A stretch of 64,000 nucleotides of DNA from Schmidtea polychroa (lineage: Eukaryota): assembly GCA_044892525.1 (NCBI GenBank), contig CM097885.1, forward strand, positions 74,524,001 through 74,588,000, given 5' to 3'. Below, piece after piece: positions 1-11,048 of this stretch; the stretch's first letter is position 1, and each line of letters starts with the position of its first letter. The position numbers and the translations under genes were made by a program. The notes under the pieces are model-generated. The model was not told the origin of the DNA and did no database searches. It worked only from the letters and a program-made list of their open reading frames with translations.

Positions 1-970
1 TCGAGTTTGCATTTCTGGATTTTTAAGTGCTCCTGATATATATATTCATCATACCGTGTATTATAATATGCTTGAAAACTACGATTTACTGCAACGTCTA
101 AGGGTTGCAGGAGACCTGTCAAATCCGGAGGAACTAGAACAACAAAAATATTGAATTTTTCCAGATATTTAGATTCATGTAATTTTACATGACTTCCTTA
201 AGAATCCATTATCAGAATTACTGGATCACGAGCTAAACTGGTTTGTGGCTTACACAAAATAATTTCTTTAATATATTGTTTCAAGATGTCATCGTTAAAC
301 ATTCCAGTTCTATTCATATCTACAAGGCACTTTTTGTTTACAATTGGTTTTTTTTAATTCGAGAACAGAACGTGTGGTTTTAAAAATTTTCCCTCCAAAG
401 TTATACATAATGTGGTTGTGAAACGTTTATGTGAGGTACCGGCTTTTCTCGTTAAAACTTCTCTGCATCCCTTCTGGGTTATAGTCGTTTTTGGTTCAGA
501 TTCGAAATAGTGTAGTACTTGGTCGACAATAATGATATTGCACATTTCTATTTTTTGTTCCTCAATTTTTTTTAAAAAATTGTTCACGATAGCATTAAAA
601 TTTTCAGGGATTTTTTGTTGTTGTGGTTTGTCGCCGAGATACTAACTCATGGCGATGAATGTTTGAAATTAATCAACTTGGAATTGTTTTCAGTATCTAT
701 CATTTTCAAACGTTCACAAACTTCTTGTGATTTTAATTGGATGTACTTATCTTTAACCCTTAAGCCCTTAGAATTTCTATCAAGTACCCATTGCAATACT
801 TCATTTTCAATTTCAGGAAATTCCAATTTTCGTCCACCACCAAGTAATCTTCGTGCAGCTTTTATTTGCACGGATTGATTGTTTAAAGTTTGAAGAAGTT
901 GTGCTTTTTAATTGTGCCAACCCCTAAGAATTGATGTACCAATGTTGTATTTTTTTGACAATGCCATCCA
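1..970 (-). pseudogene. pogo/Tigger-family (CENP-B HTH + DDE_1) transposase relic, runs off window start
   Basis: ORFs 647-871 (GGGRKLEFPEIENEVLQWV, CENP-B-type HTH) and 354-587. Manual reading further down the minus strand gives LIMDS*GSH and [12 protein letters not shown] (DDE_1 motifs); stops and frameshifts present. Confidence 0.8.
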
Positions 971-3900
971 GCTTATGTTCAATTGAATAATTTTTTCTTT
1001 TTAGGTTATTTGACATTCTATATCATAAAATATAAAATAAATGAAATGATCTTTGTATTAATTAAAATTGAAAGGTCTACCTTTACGAAGTAGCGTGCTA
1101 AAACATTCACTTTGGTTAATTTGTAAGAGGAGTATTAATTTTCTATAATCTTTTTTTAAAAACAAACTCACAATTATATAAAAACAAACTTGAAATTTTT
1201 TCATAAAGTAACATTTATTCATGTGCTGTCAAATTGGAAACATATATTGCTCAGAAAAATTAGAAGTAGTCAAAACAATATATTTTGAATTGTCATTGCT
1301 TACTACGAAAATTAAAAAAATATATAACCAAAAAAATGTAATCAGCAAATCTGAATCGCATCAGATTGGAATTTCGTATAGAAATTTTTATTTTTTAATG
1401 TAAAATACCCAACAAGCAAATGTGTCATATGACACATTAAAAAAAAACTTGGTTGTGTGTCATATTTAAAGTTTTCACACGTTTTATTCGAACATAACGC
1501 CTTGTTTTAAATAATTTTATATTATTTTATTTACATCTTAATATTTACATTGACATTATTTATGTAAGAATTTCATAATATGAAACAATGTCATAGTTTT
1601 AACAATTTTTGCAAAACATATAAAATCTCATAACTTTTTTCAAAATAAGCCATTACACTTTATTTCTAGCTATTCGACTTTATAATGTAGTTTCAACTTC
1701 ATTTTGTGTTTCTAGCTAATTACAATGCTTAACAATTTTAACTTGATTTTTTGTCACACGAAACCATCACAGCCTAGTCAGTGTTTGTTTCCTGATTTAA
1801 TTTCTGCTTTCCAGGTTTAAAATAAAGTTTTATTTTATTTTAATGATATTGTATATTAAAATAATAATGAGATGAAACATATTTCATTTGAAAACACACA
1901 TATATATGATTGAAAACTTATAAAAACAAATACCAATCATAATCAAAAATCCAAAATGAAATCTGGAAAAAAACACGGAAATATATTTATTTTGAAAAAA
2001 TTATAAATTCTCTCCTTTTAAACAAAATTTCAGTTCCTCTAAAATTCCAATAATTTCAGAAAAAACGAAGAATTAATAATCAGCAATCAAAAGCATACAC
2101 TTAATTACCCGCGTCTGCAACCAGGAAATATGTGTACGCACGCAGACACGAGTAGTCAAAATTAACCACTTCTTGAAAAACATCCAGAATTCTGTTGATT
2201 ATATACTTGTAGTCAGTTGACCGGCCCTTACTTAAAATTCAAACTGTATATCTGTAAACTGATTAGGAAGTTTAACATATTTTGTACATTCTTTATACCA
2301 CAAAAATGATGCATGACGACTAAAAAAGCTTTTAGGAACCTACCTCTCATGGTATACTACATATTTCATGAAAGCTTCACAAGATAATATTTGTATGCAC
2401 TTTACCAATTTCCACGATCTTCAGTAATAAATCCCATGATTTGGTTTCCATGGTAAAAAGTAAATACTTCGTATGCATAAAGTTTGCACGTTTTAGGACC
2501 AGTGAACACTCCTTTAATTTTAGCAATGGAAAGCTTGAGAAAAATTTTCGGAAGAAGTTCATTGGAGGACCTTCATTATTAAATAGCTCAGATAGGATTC
2601 TTAATAAGTCCAGATTTTACATGGAGAGGGGAAAGAAATATTTTAGATGATGAAACTAATAGAGCATATTGTAAACAGTGTCAATTAGGGGTATACTCAA
2701 TCCGGACATGCCAATGATTTTAGTACAATTTAGTAAAACCTTTCTGCATACCAGTGAGCAAACCAATTACTTTAAAATCACATCCAACATGCCACTGGTA
2801 TTCCACATAATTCAAGACATGCAAGATAAGGTGCATTGATTCATAACTCTTAATATTTTGTGATTGATACTATCCATTGCATTTATTATAAGTAATCTAA
2901 TACTTAAATTACCTAATTAATAATTATCGTGAATGGTGATGCGTGTGTGTATGTTATTGTATGTCTGAAGAATGTCTCCTATTTTACATAATATTATTAT
3001 TTTCATTATTACATAATAGTCTTCGATCCTAAAGGGATAAATACTTGAACTGTTATGTCATAAAATCGATTTTTTTGACAGAAGGTCAAAATTCAGTGAA
3101 ATCTTTTCTATATCAAAAAATTTGTCAATCATTATCTGAATAATTAAAAAGTGAAAATTGCACGCAAATCTGATTTTTTAGATTGCAAATTTTCCACAAA
3201 AAATACTTAAAATATTGAAACAAATTTTTATTAATGTTCTTTAGTTTTACACGTGTAACAGTTAGTTTTTTGTCGAATCTGTTTCTTTCTGCAAATTTTA
3301 TTAATTTATTAATTAAAACAAAAATCAATCAAAGTTAAACCATAAATTATTAAAAAAAAAGCGTTTACCAGCTTTTCATAGTTTAAATTTTTCTATTAAT
3401 ATGCTCAGTTCTCTCTTCTGTCAGTAATATTTTCAGAAATTTGATTCTGTAATTCTTCATTTAAATTTTCAAATTTATTTATACAAAATAAATTGTAATG
3501 TGGTTTCTAATTGCTTAAATTTGTTAAAATCAAAATGTTGGAGTAACGATCTTAAAATTAATATAATTCAAATGATTAATTATATGAAAATAGAAATAAC
3601 AATATCTGTTTCCTTTTTTTACAACTAATAAGAAGATCGGTTGTCCTATTTAAATCAATTAAGACAATTATTTACTTTATCTTTTATTTATAAGAAAATT
3701 TTACCAGTATCTTTATGTATGTTGTTTCCAAATATCGAATAAATTGTAAGGAACTGGATCAACGAATCCCTGCTTAATGGCCTGAAAAAATTCGACTTAG
3801 CTTAGATTCGAAGAAGGGCAAAACTGTCCTCTGTTTCGAGAACGGTGATTTTAAAATTAACAATTAATTATTTACCCATATAACATGTATACGTATAGCT

Positions 3901-4301
3901 TCATTTACTTAACAAAACCATATTTATATCTATTAACTAAAATCAAGATATAATGTATCCAAGCAACTAAGCTTCTATCCGATTTTCTTCTTCAATTTTA
4001 TGGAAAATCTCCATTTTCTTGTTAATTGCCTGATTTACAAATTTATTTCACTACTGCTGGAAATTGATTTATTTAATAGGAAAAGAATATCAAGCTGCCC
4101 TCTCTTTGAATTGCTGGTGGAAATTTTTTGATAGGAATGATTAAAATTTTAAATACAATCACAAGATATATTCTGTACCAAATAATTTCCTTTTTCTTTT
4201 CTACTTGCTTTTTTTTCATTACTAATTTTCACGGTTAAATATTTTTCGGCCTCTTACATTAAAATACTGGGTCTTAAAGTAAAATAATATTTTTAAAATT
4301 A

Positions 4302-5000
4302 CACCTATCCCTCGTTTTACACGGTAGATACGTTCCTGAAAAAACCGTGTAATTCGAAAAAAATCATTTTTATATGGATAAACCGTGTAAAACGAGAACT
4401 ATTATAAACAAGCTTTTTTAGACATTTATTGAACACAAAATATGACTAATACCCTTAATAAAATATAAAAATATCATTTAAATCATAGAAAACATAAAAA
4501 TAGTTAAATTTATTTTTAAAAAACATAAAAAATCTATTTCATAGAAAAAAATATCAGATAATTCACTTGATAACATAATCTTATTAGAATCTCCTTCTAC
4601 AGTTGTTGTATTGATTTTAGTCGTAGTTTGCTGAGACTTTTCCGGAAAAAAGTCTGAAATAAGCATTTGTGTTTTATTTTTAGTCATCTTTGTAGACTTC
4701 TTCATACTGACTCAAAAGTTTATTGAAATCTCGTTGAAATTTGAGAGCTCGTTCAACATTTGGGTCATGTTCTTGAAAATAGTCCCTCGTGAACGACTTT
4801 TGCTGTGAACACACTGGGTTCAACATCATTTTTGTTTTTATCAATATTTTTTGACAATTTCAATTAAGCCATCTTCATGTAATTCCTGGTCTTCCATTAT
4901 TTCAGCTATATCGTCCCTTTAAACGAATGTGGTCAATTAGCTTTGCTATTTACCAATGGCTTCATAATATGATTGCCAGAAACATTGCTACAAAATATTA
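4302..5000 (-). mobile_element. Tigger-like element right end with transposase C-terminal remnant
   Basis: TA followed by CACCTATCCCTCGTTTTACACGG at 4302, with internal inverted CCGTGTAAAACGAG at ~4383-4396 (Tigger-type terminus). The minus strand encodes FQEHDPNVERALKFQRDF, like Tigger transposase C-termini. Confidence 0.55.
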
Positions 5001-5074
5001 AATTATTATTAAAATATACTATTAGAAAACGTCATTAAACAATTGCTATATTTAGAAAAATTCCAATATAAATA

Positions 5075-6419
5075 CAGTTTGGGACAAAATAAATGTAATT
5101 TTTAAATTTCAATTTTCATTTACGTTTATGCATCAAAAAATCAAAATCAAATATTATATATTACAAATTATCATTATAAACATATATATGACTTAATTAT
5201 AAATTATTTTGTTTAATTTTTAAGATAAAAGATGATTTATTTTGAAATTGAAAAAAAATAAGACAAAATAATTGTAATTTTTTTATTTTTCATAACTAAT
5301 AATCTGTAGCACCTCCTTTGTTTCTAATAACTTCAGATAGACGTTCATATATTTAATCTACAAGTTTTTGTATGAATTCCCGAGGTATTTTTTCCCAGAT
5401 TTGTTTAATTTTAATGAATGCCTCTTAAATTACTAGTGCTGGTAATTCCATCTTCGTAATTCTATTTTCTGCAAAAAACTGTGTTGTTATCTTACTTGTC
5501 GTTTCGGATCATTGTCTTGTTGGAAAACAAATTCACTATGATTCAATTTCTCGACAGAAGGTAGTAAATTTTCCTGTACAATTTGAATATATTTTAGTGG
5601 ACCCATTTTTCCTTTAATTGTAAATAAATTTCCGACTCCATTTTCTCCTATACAGCCCCAAACCATAATACTGTCACCATTGTGTTTGACAGTTTTTAGA
5701 GTACATTTATTTTTTAATTTTTCACCAGCTCTAAGCTATAAATAGGTAATACCATCACTATTAAACAAGTTTATTTTTTGACTCATCAAACCATATAATA
5801 ATTTCCAATAGCTTTTAGGCATCATAATAATTTTTTTTCCAAATTCCAATCTAGCTTTTTTAATCTTTTTTGATATAAAAGGTAGTTTTTTAGGTCTCAT
5901 AGCCTTAAACCCTACAAACTTAGCACATCTTTTCACTGTTTGTGAAGAAATAACCTTTTAAAACTTGTTTTTGACTTTGTTAGCTAGTTTAGACCCGATT
6001 TAAATCAACCTGTTTGAATTTTTTTTAATTCAACTAATTTTTTGTCGGAAAGTGACCTTTTTCTCCAAGAATTGCTTCTTTTTGATTTACAATCTTGTTC
6101 AGTGTATGTATTTAAAACATAACTAATACATCTTGGGGTTACCTGTAGTAGTTCAGCCATTTTATATTGTTTCATTCCTTCTTTTTTCCATCTAAAAATT
6201 GAAGCTCTTTCATTATCAGAAAGTGACTTTTTGAGTGCCATAAACCCTTATTTTAAAATTTTAATTTATAATAATAGATTTTAAAAATGGCGGGATCAAA
6301 TTTTAATATTAATTAATAAAAATTACATTTATTTTGTCCAAGCGATTTTGATTGAGCTTTCAAAATTGAAAAATTTTGCCAATATTGAATGTGACACAGT
6401 CAATTAACCTTAAAAATAT
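5075..6419 (-). mobile_element. Tc1/mariner IR-DR type element (body and right end), interrupted at 6419/6420 by the LTR retroelement
   Basis: TA then CAGTTTGGGACAAAATAAATGTAATTTTT at 5075; inner repeats of GACAAAATAAATGTAATTTTT at ~5261 (+) and ~6320-6342 (-). The matching opposite TIR is at 60796. Confidence 0.85.
5400..6241 (-). pseudogene. Tc1-type DD34E transposase, frameshifted
   Basis: ORFs 6005-6241 (N-terminal HTH) and 5736-5936 (KKLPFISKKIKKARLEF). Manual reading continues TVKHNGDSIMVWGC and FVFQQDNDPK, canonical Tc1 motifs. Confidence 0.85.
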
Positions 6420-7488
6420 TGTTAAGATCGAAAAAACGGGGACTACAGATCTTAACACAAATGACTCCAATAAGTTAACTAAATAAAAATAAATATAAAT
6501 AAGTTATATTTAATGTGGTTGCGCGTTTTAATATTTAAATCACTAAATAAAAAACAACTAACTAACTCCTTTCTATTTTTATAAAAATATATTTAATAAC
6601 TTATAACAGAAATTTACAAAATATGTTCAAAGAGTACAAGTAAACGGATTTATTAATCCTTACTGTTTACCAACAGCCTGCAAGAAATCGATGGCTCCTG
6701 TGTAGCACAACGATCGCTAAATAAACTAGAAAGATAGTGGAAAAAGCAAGAGGGTTGATTTTGGGGCTACCAGGTAACACGAAAGTCGCTATCTGTACTT
6801 TGTGTTCGCTTTATTTAATTCCCTTCCCAAGGATAATAATTTATCCTTACCCAACACAATTAATTAAATCTTTTACCTTGCCTGAATTTAACTGCTCCTT
6901 CTGTTGTCACTAATCTGTTTCAATTTCTCTTTCAAGTCTTCCTTTTTTCTCTGGTCAATTCTCGTCCGTAATTTATAGAAAAGTTTCTGCGATAATTAAT
7001 TCGTAATTTGAGCCGGACTTTCGCCTTGTGAGACTAAAATATTCAAATTTGATCCGAAACCTTGCGATTGTGGTCAAATTCTTGGAATTAATTTATCTCG
7101 GTGATTCTTTAATCACGTTTCTTCGATGGATCAATTAACTACTTTTCTGGTTATTATTCTCTCCAATCTATTCGTTAATTTAACTTTCAATCACAGTTTT
7201 TATCGTCCTCAAGATTATCGTCTCCAATTTTTCTCTCTCTCGTTTTGGTTTTGAAACGGTATTTATATTATTTTTTACTTATTTAATATATTAATAGTAC
7301 TTATATAATTACTATATATAGTAATAGTATTCACAAATATTCCTATATATTACCTAATTCTATTAATAGTAATTAAAAAGACTTATCTTTTATTTTCGGT
7401 AACACTTTATTATTTTTATTTATGGTATTACTAATTATAGTAATTTTTTATTTATTTTGTCACTAAGGCTCCAGGCCTATCCCTAACA
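6420..7488 (-). repeat. 3' LTR (1069 bp)
   Basis: Element-sense TGTTAGGGAT...ATCTTAACA. Near-identical to 60909-61973 (reverse complement) and to 20637-21232. Confidence 0.95.
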
Positions 7489-7490
7489 AG

Positions 7491-7502
7491 TCTTACCCCC
7501 TA
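7491..7502 (-). promoter_or_regulatory. Polypurine tract
   Basis: Minus strand reads AGGGGGTAAGA-CT immediately before the TG of the 3' LTR. Confidence 0.7.
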
Positions 7503-7734
7503 AAAGATTTTCGTCTCGAAAACAAGACCAACAAGACTAAAGAAAGGCTTTTGGTAAACAGCATTACACTAAAACTTAAAAAAAATTAATCAAATAAGAC
7601 AAAACACAAAATTAATGTTTCAGATAACAAATAATGAATGTCAAAACACTGAATTGCACAAAACACATAATAGTTAAGTCATTTTATACACATTTTGAAT
7701 TCGGCGACACATGTTGGGTGGCAACGTTCTTGGA

Positions 7735-9806
7735 TTAGATGTCCAGATCATCGGGATCTGGGTCTGGAACTTTGTACAGGTGCAACTCCTTCGTGCTGTA
7801 GCTATTTGCGACGACGTATTGCTGCAGCAACTTCTTTTTCCTCTTCTGTAGGACTTCTGGCTCAAAACTCACTACCAGAGGCTTGCCATCCAGAGCACTT
7901 GTTAAAATGACTGTAGACACTACGTACGGGATTCCGTCTACGTCATAAACATCATATTTTTGATTATTATTGACTGCCATTCTCGTGATTGGTTGGCAGT
8001 CATACTCCTTGGCTCTGGGTTTCCATTTGCTATCCGGACGTTTGTACCACATTGGTTCGAAACCGTCCACATCAACCGAAACCGGTTTCTTGATAATATT
8101 CTCCTTGGCAATCTTTAACATTTTCTGCCTAACCACAGGTTCAGATTTAACCTTTATTGCTTCCTGCATCTCCTTAACCGGAGGTTGAAAGGCAACTTCC
8201 ATAATGTCATCATCTGGTTCGCTGAATATCTTTTGAGGTTTAATAGTCCTAACTTCCGAACTGCTAGGTGTCTCTTTTGTCGTTCCTTCCGGGGTTTAAC
8301 AACTTTCTTCAACTTTAGCTTCGACTTGTCTCTTTTTATGGGTAACATTTTCTTTAACATCTTTTTCACCTTGCCTCCTTCTGGATTTTCTTTTCTGACC
8401 GCATTATCCAATTTATCCTTTGGCTGATAGGCAGCTCCTGATGGTTGTTTAGGTGATTTTGCTGTCTCTATTTCGCTAGCACATGTTTCATATTCATCTT
8501 CTTCTCCAATAGATATGGCTGGAGGCGGTGGTAGATCCACAGGTGATTTCCTCTTGGGCTGGGGTTGCTCTGATGTAGATGGTTGCTCAGGTAATCTCCT
8601 CTTCTGCGTCATTTCCTGTTCAACTATCGCTGCTGTAGTTGCGGAAATGAATTCCTCCTGAGGTATCGTGATATGGTCTAACCATTCGTTTCTGATATGT
8701 AAATAAACAGCACGTATTGCCAGTGCCTCATTGGTGACCACTAAATTCCTTGGTTCTCCGGGAACCGTACGCAGGAAAGTCTTTGTCAGGAATCCCAATC
8801 TGTAATGACCATGAATCTTTGGGACTCCTCTGGTTTCCAATAGTTTATTTGCAGAAAGATCACGAATACCCAATATTCGCTGCACTGGTAGATTGGCTAC
8901 CAAGATCAGATCTTTAAGTAAAATACCTACAAGTATTTTCTTATCACAGATCTTTCTTATCAAATGATAACAATCGTCTTCATCGAGATTTCCTCTCATG
9001 TCGGGTTCTTTTAACTTATATTGGTGCGTTTGGTAATGTTTTACTGGATCTCTGGGAGTCACTACCGCACTCAATAAATTATTTCCTCTCATATCCATAA
9101 TTGCGATTTGGATAATTGTCTCCTTCAATTCGATTCGGGATTTGGCAAAACCTGCCGATATGAAAATTGTAGCCTCGTCCTCCTCGGCTTTGGATAACTT
9201 CTTCCTCACAAATGATTTACACTGCCGTATATCGTCTTCATTTACATTATAAATCCAAGTTGGCTCGTTTTTGCTAACTATAGAGTATGGCTTCCTGAAG
9301 TCTAAGATTTCTATTGCGATTATGGTGTCCACCGCCGCTGCCTGGATCATAATATTCCGTTCTCGTCCATCAGCGTGGTATATCTCCAGAGTACACTGTT
9401 TTTCTAATTCAACAGGTAACTCTAATCCCGCCATAAACACCGTGAATGGCCTATTGATCGCATGAATCCACAAGTTTTCTATTTTCGGACATGAACCGTA
9501 CTCTCTACATAGTTCCGCCAATTTTAATCTACCTTGGTTATTTATAACCGTTACCATCATTTGCCTTCGAGGCCCTCCTGGAAATTTGAAGTCGTTTGGA
9601 ATATCCACTCTCCTGGGATAATACCAATAGTTTGAGGTGAGGTGATTCATTTTTGCTGCGACCGTGGTTCCGATGAACCGATATACATACTCTTCTTTAT
9701 AGGTGCTATACGCTTCAGTTTCAACTCGAGTTTGGGAATTGTACGTTGCCAATGGGTGTCGTCGATTTGCTTTGACTGGCGGCTTTGATTCTCTGTTATA
9801 ATTCAT
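7735..9806 (-). pseudogene. 3' accessory ORF with REX4/ISG20-like DEDDh-fold domain lacking ExoI acids; one frameshift and one stop (8296-8298)
   Basis: ORF 8154-9950 (likely true ATG at 9806) contains QIAIMDMRGN..VTPRDPV..YQT, KILVGI..DL, IRDL, RLGFLTKTFL, NEALAIRAVY, matching REX4/ISG20 spacing. The -1 frame from ~8370 joins it to ORF 7735-8202. A diverged paralogue lies at 49487-50930. Confidence 0.6.
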
Positions 9807-9810
9807 TTTT

Positions 9811-9830
9811 CTAAAAATAAAATAATTAAC
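9811..9830 (-). promoter_or_regulatory. Candidate splice acceptor for a subgenomic accessory mRNA
   Basis: Minus strand TTAATTATTTTATTTTTAG|AAAAATG, 4 nt before the ATG at 9806. Candidate donor CAG|GTAATA in the short leader at 20520/20519 (62090/62091 in the other arm). Confidence 0.45.
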
Positions 9831-10010
9831 AGCTTTTATCACTTTCGTGATAGACCCTCGCAGGGTAACCAAAGTCGACATACGCTGATGTCTGATTTTA
9901 CCAATGCTCATTTGAGCCCACATTAGTCTACATACTAATATAAATAACATATATATAAAATAAATAACTATATATATTTACACTTCCTAGTATATGGTGA
10001 GACTTTCCCC

Positions 10011-11048
10011 CTATACCTCGGTTTCGTAAATATTTTCCCAATAACGCATATCTCGTATATTTAATCTAAACATCCATAGGGTGGTTAAGAGCAAAATTAA
10101 AATCATGCAAATTACTCCCCCTATCATAATTAACAATAGCCATGTTGGCGTTTTCTCCCTCGCTGCCCCCTTTAACGTATTTTGACAACTACAATTATTA
10201 ATTATTTTAGTTATGCGGGGCTGTTTTACACTCGCTACCTTTCTAATACTAAACCAATCTAAAGCATTTATTCCTTTACAACCAGGAATATTCACTAATC
10301 TAGCCTTTCCTTCTTTGCTAGTTAGTTCTCCTCTTGTGGGAGGTATTAGATTTATTATTTCTTGATATATTGTATACCAACCGGTTCTCTCCGTAAATTC
10401 CAAATACGAAATGTTCGCCTTTGTCACGGTATCTGGTTTGATTTTCCATCTTCCACTTAGATACGCATGGTTGAGCACTAATCTCTCGACTCGCTGGTCG
10501 TCTTCTAATATGACGATTAACGCAATTTTATTATTCGTCCTCCAATCGTGAGTGGAAGATGTATCATTTCTGTTCCACCGTGGATGAGTAAATCTAACTA
10601 TCTGCCCGAGATATGAAATCTCTACTTTTTTGGTAAATTTTGCAGTCTTCAAAATCCATGCTGCTTTATCTACACAATCTCCTCCATCTGCAAAAACGTT
10701 TGGGTCTGCAAAGAATGTCTTGATTTCTAATAGATAACTTGTATTCGGCATAAGTCCCTCTATTACTTTCACTCGATCCCATGTATTCAAGTGAAATGAT
10801 ATCCCTCTTTCAGCAGCTACCAAATATAGATCATATCTATGCCATTGTATATTCGTTAAATGAAATCTGAATGCTCTATCTGTTCGTTGATATTCGATAT
10901 CTGGATGTTGACTGGCTTTAGGTGTGAATACCTCGAATGCCTGTCCAATCATCATGACACAGCTAATCACTGCTAAAAATGTAACTGTTTTCGGGATTTG
11001 TCGAGATCGTAAAGGGTATCGTTATGGTTGTCCCTTTAGGATACTTTT
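10011..11048 (-). CDS. C-terminal polyprotein extension: RYPLRSR, signal-like segment, FN3-like ectodomain, TM helix, short tail
   Basis: In frame with integrase (78 nt = 26 codons between 11048 and the GTG at 10970; stops at 11049-51 and 11022-24). TVTFLAVISCVMMIGQA signal-like; KVIEGLMPNTSYLLEIK FN3-like; WLLLIMIGGVICMILILLLTTLWMF TM. Confidence 0.7.

Noticed and set aside
1000-4300. Host exons or short ORFs (e.g. 2441-2650)
   Set aside because: No recognisable motifs or consistent splice structure.
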